A program made the translations under genes and the position numbers. The notes beneath the pieces are model-generated. The model saw only the letters and a list, made by a program, of their open reading frames with translations. It did no database searches and was not told the DNA's origin. A stretch of 64,000 bases of DNA from Cycas panzhihuaensis. Lineage: Eukaryota > Plantae > Cycadophyta. Positions 1 to 13,083 of this stretch are shown here, one piece after another. The number at the start of each line of letters is the position of its first letter. Position 1 is the first letter of the stretch. Where the stretch lies: NCBI GenBank assembly GCA_023213395.1, contig CM041465.1:103113741-103177740 (forward strand), given 5' to 3'.

Positions 1-379
1 AATATGTGGGAGAAGGATGAAAGGCCTCCTCAACCTATAATTCAAAATAATATAAAATAATAAACAACTTATATTAAAATAAACTTACCATTAAGGCATG
101 TGCAGTTGCATATTCCCAAGGTTGGGTTAGGTGATAATGAATATTAACCCTAACAGTTAGGAAGTACAAAAGGCCCTTAATAGAGTTATGACACATGTTT
201 GAGTAATTATGAATTGTGTTTGGACCATTATTAATCTTGCTTATATAAATATATGTATAGAATTATACATTATATCCTAAAGAGTTATTCTTAATGAGTG
301 AAAAAATAAATTTAAAGGTAGATTAATTCTACCTAAATATTTATGCTGTAATATCATTTTGGTTCCACTTGCTCTCAGT

Positions 380-1350
380 TTACATGTTTTATTTAGTATT
401 AGAGCAGATTAATCACAAGGTTGTTGATTAATTTTTTGACTTGTAGGTTTTGAAGAGGTAATTTGAAAGATTGTGTCAGTGAAATTAATGACAATTAGTG
501 TTAGGTATGTTATGGAGATCTAAATCTTTTATAGAGTGTTGAAATGATTAATGAGGGTTATATTGCAAAATGCCCTTTAATATTTATTTATATAAGTGTA
601 TAGGAATTTATTCTTAGGTATATTTATATTGATTTGGATCATTCGATTAAGCCTATCATTTTTTAGCCTTGAAGCAATTAATATTGAGACATGTAATTTA
701 AATGCATTTGTTATTCAACAAGGAAGTTGGTTCTCCTTTCAAACTATTGATAACCTGCTATCACCAATTATAAGTGATAAAATTACAAGATAATAAGAGT
801 TGAGGTGTAATGGCCATGGGCCATGAATTATCTCATTAGATCATTTCCTACCTATTATGCAATATATATATATGGAATAATGGTCTACATGAAGAGTTCT
901 ATTGTGTAAGGCCTCTAAATTCTAAAAATATAGAATAGGAATATTGACATGCATAAGTTTTGGTGTTATTTAATTGAATCAGAATGAGGAACTTTTAGAG
1001 GAACACAACTAAAATTAGAAGACATGTTCAAATTATTATTGTACTTGTAATTCCCTTTTATATTTTCAAAAAATAGATTGACATTCTGACATCAACAAGA
1101 CAAAAGTGGCCCTTATAATTACTGATCTAATTGATAAATGACTTATGTTAGGTACCTATTTCCCAAGTTTGTAGTTTAATTTCTCATGTTTTCATATAGG
1201 TACATTTGTTTTGTAGCTAGTGACTTGTGACTTTTCCTTTTATACATGAATGGCTCATGGATATGTGGTTTAAAAAAGAGAAAACTTAAACAAACCTTAG
1301 AAGATTAGAGCTACCACATTCCCATCTATAATGAAGATAATTCCTTTTGC
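380..1350 (+). pseudogene. Highly decayed LINE (L1-like) endonuclease/ORF2 remnant
   Basis: Scattered APE-endonuclease-like motifs in the expected order: GD(L)N near 514 and SLDHFLPI (SDHxPI-like) near 832-856. No continuous frame. Confidence 0.3.
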
Positions 1351-3287
1351 CACTAGTTAGTCTAGTTGACTATTTAGATTCTCAGTCAATATACCACTTG
1401 ATGAAGACACTGGGCATATGTTGAATATAAGGGTAAGGTAGATCATACATTAGAATACATAGATATGATAGTATATACATAATGAGCAATGAACTAGATG
1501 ATTACCCAACATAAAATACTAGCTAAATAAAGATGAAAATCTTAGTGGTAAGCCTATAAGAGGTATGATAATCAAATATAATAAAAAGCAATATAAAAAT
1601 ATAAAACAAAAGTGGCATAAATGAAAGCCTATACCATTTGATTGAATAAAGAAAATGCCAAGAGACTATGAGACACAAAGAGGTTAAACACATACAAAAT
1701 CACTAATTATGGTGATACTTAAAATTGAAAATTTTGATAAAAGTTTGTGGACAAGGACAAAATCACTAATTAACTTTGAATGCATGTAGAGAATTTGGCA
1801 TATTTAACTTCTAGATACCTAAGTTCAAATTTATTTATCCTTTTTGTACTGTGAGTCTACATATATATTTGATCTAATTAGATGGCCTCAACTTATCTCT
1901 TTGAAATCAACTCATCACCTTATCTCTTTGATGGTTCCCTTTTAATAAACAAAAGGAAGTTCATGCTATAGAGAGTCCTATAAATGGGGTCGCTAGTAGT
2001 GCATCATTTTAGTCAATAATTATGTGCCACTTTGTGCAACCAAGTAGGCAACCTATGGTAAAATTATTTCGTTGATGTAATCTAAAGTTTAAAACATTTA
2101 CCAAATCTTATATTTTAGTGAGATCCATTGGTTTGTAGCCCCCCTGTCATATAGCTTGTAGGTCATATGTAGTGGCCAAGTGACCAAAAGATCATTTTTT
2201 AAAGGGGATAAATTATAATTTTAAGAAGCCTACACCAATTTAAGTACCTAATTCAACTTCAGTATACATAACTATTATATGTGGGGCCCATTTTAAGATC
2301 TGTCAACTTTAGAGTGATCTTTACTTTTACTTGAATGAAATAAGTGGTTACATGTCTATATTAGGTTTGCATTTGTTAGTATATTTAATAAGATAAAGTT
2401 GATGAAATTTTTTAATTATGGTTTATATACTAAGGGCTCTTTATTTAAATTTAACCTCCTTGTACTATTTAAGGCACAACTTTGCCATAAAATGTCAGAA
2501 TTAGGTGTTGTTTTAAGCATTGAACTTGTATTTTAATTTTTAATAAAGTGAACATTTTTTAAAATATTTTTAAAATCATTTGATCTACTACTTTTATACT
2601 CAAATTTTATGCTAGTTTATAGGTTTCTTATGAGTTGACCCTCTAAATAAACTTAGCAAAAAATTCACTTTGTAATCATAATTTAATATAAAATCTTTAT
2701 CATGGAGGAGGTTGAGTCCTAATTGGGACACTTTTGCATGTTTTGAAGTTAAAGGGGGGTAATTTAGCTTGTGTTTGAGCGCTTTTTATTACATTATTTA
2801 GTGTTCTTTTAGTCTTTTATTAAAGTATTTTATTTTTTCAAAGTAATTTATCCTTTAAGGTAATCTTTACTTTATTATAGCTTCTAGCATAAGTAATGTA
2901 ATAGTACCTAAGCTTGATGGTACCAATTTCTTAAATTGGAGACGTAGGATGAATCTTATTTTTACATTAAAAAACATATGGAATTTAATTAAAAATGGAT
3001 ATGATACACTTGATCTTAATGCCATTGCAAATGAAAAGAAGACCTTTAAGAAGAATGAAAAGAGAGACAATGAAGTTTTAGTATTTATCTTTTGTGCATT
3101 GGAGGACTACATCTTCCTAAGAGTCAGTGAGATGAATATATCAAAGGAGGTATATAATGCTTTAAAGACCACCTATGAAGGAGTTGTTGAATCAAAACTT
3201 TAAACATTAAGGACCAATTTTAAAAATTATAATATAAACAATAATGAGAAAATTAATGACTTCATAACTAAGGTGCAAGACCTAGTT

Positions 3288-3703
3288 TGGGACATCTCTC
3301 CTCACCAGCACTTCTTGAGATAGAAGAAAGATGGTAATTGCAACCACGTCATTCTATCTAATAGGGCAAACAAATTAATCGAGAACTTTACAAAAACACC
3401 AAAGCACTAAATGATCACTAAAATAGAGAGCACTGCAACATAATCTTTATAAAAAGTTACCTCCAGATAACCATCATTTATAATTTATAACCATTATATA
3501 GACAAAATAGGGTCTTTTATATGTAATCTTATTGGTGGCCTAAGCAGCCTTACATTTTATTGGACGACATAACAGCTTTACATACCATTGGCCAGCTTGT
3601 CAACTCATTCATGAAGTTCCATAATTAACCTTATCTTATAAACTCCTCATAGCTCTATGTATAATAGTGGTTAACATAACTTAGTGAGATAAGTTATGTA
3701 ACA
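3288..3703 (-). repeat. 3' LTR of gypsy B
   Basis: Aligns end to end with 17713-18126; TG...CA termini; adjacent PPT. Confidence 0.92.
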
Positions 3704-3715
3704 GGTCCCCTTGCC

Positions 3716-6700
3716 TAAGATGTTGAGTTCTCGAGGCATGTGAGATGCATGTGCTTTTTGATAAAATCATCAGATTCCTAAGTTGCTCCATCAGAGTTGC
3801 AGCCTGTCCACTGTATTAAATATTTTGAAATGGATCGATTCCAAAGACAACATTGTCTGGTAGCTAGTATACATTCTGAAGGTATGAACAAGGTTTGCTC
3901 TTCATCTAGAATTGGAAGGGTTATTTGGGGAATATGGGTTTTGCTTAGACACTTCCAAAGATAGGAGATGTGAAAAACATTATAGATGTTGGTGGTGGGG
4001 GGAGGGTCGAGAGCATATACAACTCCACCAATACATTTAAGGACTTTATAGGGGCCATAATATCGAGGGCTAAGTTTTTGGTTCTTATGATGGCGAAGGA
4101 ATTACTGCTTATAAGGTTGGAGATGAAGGAATACAATATCACTAATATTGAAGGAGCGATCAGAGCAATGGTGGCTTGCTAATTATTTCATTCGATTCTA
4201 GGCCATAGATAGGTTTTGTTTAAGGGTATGGAGAATTTGGTCCATATATTATAGTTTTTGTTATACTGCTACCGTGCAAAGGTTGGTAGCCAAGGTATGG
4301 TAGGATGACAAGGGATACCCATAAAGAGCAAAAAATGGGGACATTCTAATGGCTAAATTATGTGAGGAGTTGTACCAATACTCAGCTAGGGTTAGCCATG
4401 ATGTCCATTTAGACTGGTGGTTAGATGCAAAGCAACATAAGTAGGTCTCCAAGAGTTTTATTAAAGACCTTAGATTGATCATCGATCTATGGATGGTATG
4501 CCAAACTCATGTTAAATGATATTCCTAATGCATAAAATAGCTCCTACTAGAAGGAGTTAGTGAATTTAGGGTCACCATCACATACGATAATAGATAGAAA
4601 ATCATATAAATGAAATATTGTCTGGATGTAAATATCAACGATACGTGGAGATTTATAGGTTGTATGTATAAGTAAGAAGTGGGCATATTTTATCAACCTA
4701 TCTATGACTACTAAAATGGAGTCAGATTTGGCAAATAGTAGTAAGCCTATTATAAAGTCCATGGAAATATCTTACCATTTACCTTGTGGGATGTGCAATA
4801 GTTAAAGGAGGTTTGGTTGGGGTTTTATATCAGCTTTGTTACGTTGGTATGTGTCACATTTTGAGATAAAGATAAGGATGGAAAATTTCATTTCTAGCCA
4901 AAAGAAATCAGAATGTATCCTACGGTAAGTTTTATCAAAACTAGAATGACCACCAAGAGGGGAAGAATGATATTCTGATAAAATTTATAGGATAAAAGCT
5001 GAGTGGGGGTGTACAAATATGCAATTTTGGTATAAGAGAAGATTATTATAGATGGACCAATCCTTATGAGTGTGGAGCTTATCATCCTAGTGTGCAAAAT
5101 TAGGTTGGGTTTGGTTAGCCATGGCTAATCCTTTATCCATATCAGTTGTGGGGAAGAAATAGCATAAATGGTAGGGTCCTTAGTGTGATCGGTGTTATCG
5201 TCAAGTGTAGGTGAAGGTAGCCTTGAGAGAGAATCTGCCATAATGTTATCTTTCCCCTTTTTATATATGATTGTAAAATCAAAAACTTGGAGGTGGTCCA
5301 CCCATTTAGCCTACTCTTCTAAGAGGACTACTTGATCTAGTAAGTAGTGAAGGCTATGATGATTAGTGAGGATACTAAATTTAGAACCAAGTAGATACTA
5401 TCACCATTTATCAATAGCATGGAGGATAGCATGTATTTCTTTTTTATAGGTAGATAGTCTACACTCATGATCTTTAAATTTCCAACTTTCGAAGGTGATG
5501 GGGTGGAAGTCTTGTATTAAGATTGCACCCAATCCAAACCTAGAGGCATCACATTCTAATTGGAAAGGCCAAGTAAAGTCAGGAGAGGCCAAAACTAGGG
5601 TGGTTATCATGACCTCTTTTAGATGGAGGAAGGCCTCATTAGCTGAGAGAGACCATTAGAAGGAATCCTTCTGAAGTAAGTGGGTTAAGGGGGTGGTTAG
5701 TGTGGCATAATTTCAAACGAACTAATGATAAAATCCAATAAGCCCTAGGAAAGCCTACAATTGGGTAAGGGTTTTTGGGGTTAGCCAATTGGTGATGACA
5801 GAGATTTTATCAGAATCCACCCAAACCCCTATAAAGGATATAATAAGGTATTGTAGTTCATATTTCTTAAATTTATATTTGAAGAGTTTAGCATATAGTT
5901 TATTCTCAACTAAGATTTGAAGGATTGTTTCTAGATGTGGGATGCGAGCAGGCATGCTTGAGCTATAGATAAGAATATTGTTGAAGAAGACAATGATAAA
6001 TTTTCGTAGGTATAGGAAAAAATTTTTATCATGAGGGCCTAAAATGTGTCCAGAGCATTACATAGGCCAAAGGACATGACCTGGAACTCAAAGTGCCCAT
6101 GGTGGGTTTAGAAAGTTATTTTATGTTGATCCTCTAGCAAGATAGGGATTTGGTAATATCCTTACTGTAAATTGAGATTGGTGAAAATTACAGCACCATG
6201 GATTTCATCTAACATGTCATTGATTCATGGCATGGGAAACTTATTTTTTATGGTGATTTTATTGAGCACACAATAGTCAACGCAAAGTCAGAAAGAGCCA
6301 TCTTTTTTGTAAATTAAAACAATGGGTGCCCCATATGGGCTTTTACTAGGTTAGATGATACCCATATCTAACAATTCCCTTGTGATTTTTTTTATTTCAT
6401 TTTTTTGGAAATAGGAGTTCTTATATGGTCAAAGGCTAATCGTGTCGTGTAAACTTTGTAACTCAATAGTATGATGACAACCTCAATCAGTGCGGGGCTA
6501 GCAGGTAACAGATCAAATACAGATTGGAATTGATCTAATACTTTCTGGATATCAGGGTGAATACCCGAAGAGGCCTAGATATGGTTAAGATGAACGATTA
6601 TCCTATGTTACCATTGAGTTGTCAGAGTATTCAGGTGGGTGAGATTATTTTATTTGGGGGGGCTTGTATCCCATAAAGTTTATGTGAGCAGCCTATGTGA

Positions 6701-8250
6701 TCTTTGAACATAATGAATAGGGTCATGGGTGAGTTATTAGTGTTATAAGTTCCTAGAGTCTAGAGCCATTGTATACTAAGAATTACATTTGACCCACCTA
6801 TGGATAGGGCATAAAAATCAAAGATAAGGGTATATGACCCAATATGGATAGTGTGGTTTGTTATTATTCTAGCACAATAAAGGGTGTAATAACCAAGTAA
6901 GGAGCAAGTAAAGCCTATTTTAGGTTCTATATAAAGATTCAATTATTGAGAAATGGAGATATCAATGAAATTTAGCGATGAGCCACTGTCGATCAAAATG
7001 GTAATTGGGATTTTTTGAAGTATTCCTTTGACTCGAAGTAGTTCAGGACATGTGGTGGAGGTAATAGTTAATAAGGAAACTTCAGGTTTAGGGTTTGGGA
7101 GCAACTCATCAATAGGGTGGTCTTGGGGTTCATCATCATATTCATACTTAGTCTCAGGGTCATCTTCTAAAGATAAATCTAGGTCAATTGTGAAGACCAT
7201 CTTCCTAGCTTTGTAGATTCTATTGTGACCAGAGGTTTATTTTTTAGAATATTACATACATAGACCGACTTCTCGATGATATTGTGCCTCTATTGGAGTG
7301 ACGTGTATGGACTTCAAATATGGTTACTCAGTGCATTACTAGAGAGATGTAGATGGCGTATCCTCTAGTCATGGGCGAGGTCATTGGTAGTCAGTTGGAT
7401 GTGGTCTTTGGGACTAGGCAGTATTAGCTTGTCGGGATCATGAAAGCCAAGTGAAGTCCTATCTTAATGGAGGAGGCCTTTTTACGACAAACTCTACTTC
7501 TACTACTTTAGCCATATTAATTGCATCTTTTAGAGTAGATGGGGAGACTATCTTCAGGCAAATTTAGATACGTTCTTTAAGCCCAGACACATACATATTT
7601 ATCTCCGTTTGTTTATCAAGTTGTTGATTAATCCAATTACGTAAAGATTGGAACTCATTAGTGTAAACTTTGACAGAGGATACTTGCTTCAACTGTGTCA
7701 GTTATGTGAAAAAATATTAGTTCTAAGTGTCTTTACACTGCTCAAAAAAATAGGTAGAGAAGTGTGCCCAAGACTAACTAGAAGGGTACTCTCGCTTCCA
7801 CCATTGGAACCAATGATGTGCCTTCCCATCTAAGTGGATAGAAGCAAATGAAAGTTGTTCATTTACTAACATTGGGTTGAGTGTAAAGTAGGACTCTAGT
7901 TTACTAGTCTAACTTCGTGCACTATCCTTGTTGAGATCTGGATTAGATGTGGGTATATTGATCTTATGATGAAATGGTTATTATTGATATAGAGGTAGAG
8001 GCACGATTTGTTGTTGTGTAGGGCCAACTGGCAACAGAGAAGAGAAGTTATTCAACCTCTAAATTATATTTTAGATAGTAGCATTGGATGTTAGGTTTGA
8101 CAATTTTGAGGTAAATTATGTCTATATGGTAGCTACTTTATTTTTAACCTCCACGTGTATGTGGTCGAAATCTTCCTTGATTTTTTCTTGAATATTGGTG
8201 ACTTAGGTCTCGAGTACCGAGATTTTGTCATTGTTACATTGAGGAGCCAT
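3716..8250 (-). pseudogene. Disrupted gag-pol of gypsy B
   Basis: ATG at 8250 (MAPQ). ORF fragments ILIDSGS (protease), FQLECDASRFGLGAIL (RNase H), MDFIIGL..ILVVIDRL (integrase), KYLIQW..AT* (chromodomain, about 3750-3900). Confidence 0.9.
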
Positions 8251-9238
8251 GGAGAAAAGGAATAAAGAGGTGGGAATAACTAGAAAGAAGGGGAATGAAT
8301 GAAGTGGGAAAGATCAAGAAAAATAGGACGTAAGAACAAGGGAGTTATTAAGGAAAGAGAAGGCAAAAATAAGGAGATTGTGGGGTGTCTATAGCCTATT
8401 GACCCCAAAAGAAGTTATATAAACAAGATATCATATTATCTCAAATAAGTGCAAAACGCTTGTTCAAATGGGATATATGAAGTGTAGGGGGGTTGGGGAT
8501 GGTGGGACCCACCAGTGACCAGGTACTGAAAAACATAAAAATTTCTGGTATCTACCAACCTAGTGCAAATTGGCCAGTACAATGTGTTGATTGAAATGAG
8601 CTATATAGTTGTAAGGATAAATTTTCTCACTAAACTAAGTGGATTTTTTTTTTTTTCTTTTTCTTTCTTTATTTTTATTTTCCTATAATGGGTTTGACTG
8701 TGCTGGTAGGTTCTGAGTTCAAATAGTAAGAGGAACTTCATTTTTTAAAATATGAGATGACTTGTAATCTGAACCCAATATATATATATACCAGAGTGTC
8801 CTACCAACCACTAGATAATGTGTACTTGGTCTTATAGGCCTGCCAATAAACTGTAGAACTTTAGGGCAGGTAGCTTCGTGGCATTAAGTGCTAACCACTG
8901 TATTATAAGACTTTAGCAGTTGATGGTTACCTATGTTAGGAAGGGATTGGGACCTAAAGGGGTCCTCCTATATACTTGAAGGTATATGGAGGCACACTTC
9001 TATAGTCAGGTTTTATCTAGGGCTTGGTTCAGGAGTGTTAACTCTAGTCTTTCATGCGAAGGGCAAAAGAGCCATGATGCACTGAGCTAGAACGATAGAT
9101 CCCTATGATATTTAAAGACCCCCGGTATAGGGTCTCTACCTAACTACTTGGGTAGCCACCTAATGGAGTTATCTACTTGGGAAAGGAGGTGGGAGGAAGA
9201 AAGGGTAGCCACCAAATGGAGTTATCTACCCTAGAGAT

Positions 9239-9846
9239 TGTTGATAGTACAAGGTCCCAACCCTTTAACCGCCACCAAGATCTATTGCATTCTTGCAAAT
9301 AGTTACAGAAATCGAAACTTAAAATTACATGCAAGTTCTAAAATAAGAGATTATATAATAACATGAAAATAAAATCTAAACATCACATATGCACTTGATA
9401 TAACATGGTAAAACCCTATCAGTGTGCTAGGGAAACATCCACATAGGAAAGGTATGGATCCTTATTACTATAGAATGGAGAAACAATATATCTCAGTTAT
9501 AGAGTGATCTCAAGGATAACAAAACAACTGCCGCCCTCATCACAGTACATTACATACATACAACATAATAAGAAAAGCCCTAAAACAGGCTATATGAGAG
9601 GGACATCCAAGGCATGAATCATAACTATAGAATCTAGGGTATTTATATCAAATGACCCTGATTCTCTATACATTTTAATATGGTTTACAGGGCTAATTTT
9701 TTAGGTTGGGGACTATCGCCCCCCACATCCCCCAGCCAAAGGGGACTCCCGCCCCCCTTGGAACCCCCCTAGAAATATTAGGGGGGGAAACTACGTCAAA
9801 AACATGCCAAAATTTTAGCCCCAAAATGTTGTCACAATATCCAACA
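9239..9846 (-). repeat. 3' LTR of copia C
   Basis: 608-bp direct repeat with 16839-17446. Confidence 0.95.
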
Positions 9847-12537
9847 ATCTCCACCTTGACAACAATTACCCGGTAGCTTTCCTGGACCCTTCATCATCTT
9901 TTCTGCAAGCCAAGAGAAGTCAAACACCATTTGAACTTCTCTAATAATACTGGTTTTGTGAATATATCAGCACAATTCTTATTGGTATGAATCTTTTCAA
10001 GTGCCACTCCACCTGCTTCCATAACCTGTCTAACAAAATGGTACTTAAGAGCAATATGCTTTGTTCTACTGTGATAAGATGGATTCTTAGCTAGGTAAAT
10101 GGTACTTTGATTGTCACTAAATACCTTTATATTTTCCTGTAACCTTCCAAGCTCAACCAATAGACCCTGTAACCAGATTGCTTCTTTACAAGCATGTGTT
10201 GTAGCAATATATTTAGCTTCCGTGGTTGACAGTGCGATTGTGCTTTGCAATTTAGACATCCAACTAACTAGATCATTTGCAAGAGTAAAAACATAACCTG
10301 AAGTAGACCTTCTTTTGTCTAAATCTCCTACAAACTCTGAATTGACATATCCACAAACCTAATTACTTATACCTCTAAAGGTGATGCATTAGTCACTCGT
10401 GCCTCTCAAATACTGAAGCACCCATTTCACTGCAGCCCAATGTTCCTTTCCTGGATTTGCCATAAACCTGCTAACTACAATGACTGCATGTGAAATATCA
10501 GGTCTTGTACATACCATGGCATACATCAAACTTCCTACTGCATTGGCATAATGTACATGAGATATATAAGCCTTTTCTTCTTCACTACTAGGACTCATAT
10601 TTGAAGAAAACTTGAAGTGGGAAGCCAATGGGATACTCACTGGTTTCACATTTTCCATACCAATCCTGGTTAGTACCTTCTCCACATATTTCTACTGTGA
10701 TAACCATAGCTTACCATTTTTCTTGTCTCTGTGTATCTCCATGCCTAAGATTTATTTTGCAGCTCCTAGATCCTTCATATCAAAAGTCCTAGCCAATTGA
10801 ACCTTTAGCTTATTGATTTCTTCCATGCTCTTGCTTGCAACCAGCATGTCATCAACATATAATACCAAGATAATAAATAAGACATTGTCAATAAATTTAA
10901 AGTAAACACAATTATTATACTCACTTCTTTTGAAATTTTGGCTCTCCATGAAGGCATTAAACTTCTTGTACCACTGCCTGGGTGATTGCTTCAGGCCATA
11001 CAATGATTTCCTGAGCCTGCAAATAAGTCTTTTCCTGCCTTCTTATACAAACCCTTCTGGTTGATCCATATAGATCTCCTCATCTGAATCTCCATGTAGA
11101 AGAGTTATTTTTATATCTAACTATTCCAACTCCAAATCGAGAGAAGCTACCAATGCTAACAGCACTTGAATTGAAACAAGTTTGATAACTAGTGAAAAGA
11201 TCTCATGAAAATCAATACTTGCTTTTTGTGCAAAACCTTTAGCCACTAGTATTGCCCTGTATTATCAACCTTTCCATCAACATTTATTTTCTTTTTTAAA
11301 ACCCACCTGCAACCAACAGTCTTCTTGCCATGTGGAAGTTCTACCAAGTCTCATGAATTATTTTTCTTCAAAGCATCTATCTCTTCTTACATAGCCCTTT
11401 TCCACTTCTCACCATGGATATCATCTACTACTTCCTGATAACATATGGGCTCACCGTCATTAGAAACCAAGGAAATAGAAATAGAAGGATTGTACCTGTT
11501 AGGTGGATGACTAACTCGTGTAGATCTTCTAACTGTTGGCATAGGAGTGTCCATATATTCCTGTGAATCTGCTACTGATTCATCTTCAGAAAGATCTTCA
11601 TGCTCTTTTGATTCCACAGATGGCTGCATTTCAAACTTGACTTGTTGATGTTTAGCTTACTGCTCTTATTTCATTTCAACTTCTCCACTGTCTAATTTTA
11701 CAAGGGGAGATTCATCAAATATGACATCTTTGTTAATGGTGATTTTGTAGGCAGTAGGATCCCACAACCTATATCCCTTCACACCATCCTTATCATGATA
11801 ACCAACAAAGATAAATCTCTTAGATTTTGGGTCTAACTTTGAACGTTTATTTTTGTCAGTTTAGGCATAAGCATCACAACCAAAAACTTTTAAATTTGAA
11901 TAATCATATGGATGTCCAGTCTATACCTCTTCAGGAATCTTGCAATCTATTGCAAGTGATGGTGACCTATTTACCAAATAGCAAGCTGTTTGAATAGCTT
12001 CTGCCCATAAGCCCTACTCCATTCCTGCATTACTTAGCATGCTTCTTGCTCTTTCCAAGAGTGTCCTATTCATGCACTCAGCAATGCCATTTTGCTGTGG
12101 AGTATAACTAGTAGTCTTGTGTCTTTCGATCCCAACTTCTCTGCAATAGTTCTCAAATTCCAAAGAGTTGAACTCATCTCTATTGTCAGTTCTTAAACAT
12201 TTGATTGTCTTACTAGTGTTGCTCTCAACTAAAGCCTTGAACTGCTTAAACACACTAAACACTTCAGATTTTCTTTTCAAAAAATAGACCCATGCCTTCC
12301 TAGAGTAATCATCTATAAATGTGACAAAATACAATGATCCTCCACAAGATATTTTAGGGGCTGGTCCCCATACATCTAAATGTATGTAATCATGAACGCC
12401 TTTACTAGTGCGACTCCTTACTTTAAACTTGAGTCTACATTGTTTTCCAAAAACACAATGTTTACAGAAAGCCAAGTCTGAAAGCTACAAGTTGGGAAGC
12501 AACTTACAGTTTATCTGCACTTTAAGTCCTCTCTCAC

Positions 12538-12960
12538 TGTAGCATTCCAAAATCTAGTCAAAACTATGCTATGTAACCATTCAAATTGAAGGCCTCTGAA
12601 CAAGGATTCCAACGGTTCAAACGAAAGTCAATTTTGACATCTCAGTCAAAAGTTATGGCCGTTTAAAGTTACCCTGCCAGTTTTTGAAGAAGTTCTGGCC
12701 GACTTCTATTTGAGCAGTTTTAAGAAGAATATTACCGGCCGACTTCTATTACTATCCTTTGGCCGCCTATTTAAGGAGGATTTGCGGCCTCATTTCATCA
12801 TCGTCGGAGGTTCTTTTATCGCGCATTTTCGGTTCTAGGGCTACAATTAGCTCGCCCATTTGGGGGCTACAGTTTAGAGGGTTCCTCGCCTCGAAGAGAG
12901 AAGCTCACGTCTTCAGGAAAGACAGGAAAATTGCTATAAAAGTAGAACTAGATCACTACA
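12538..12960 (+). repeat. 5' LTR of element D
   Basis: Direct repeat with 15054-15481; about 18-20 differences by manual count. Confidence 0.96.
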
Positions 12961-13083
12961 AGTGGTATCAGAGCTTCGTTTCGAGGGGAAAGGGTAGAGA
13001 TAAAAGCTTAGAAAGGTCAAAATTTCCCCCCAAGGGAAGTAGAAACAGAATTGAGGTTAGGGAAAAAGCTCATTCACAAGAAG

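Noticed and set aside
12963-12974. tRNA gene
   Set aside because: Only a 12-nt primer-binding site complementary to tRNA-iMet; the same applies to 16825, 17699 and 59848.
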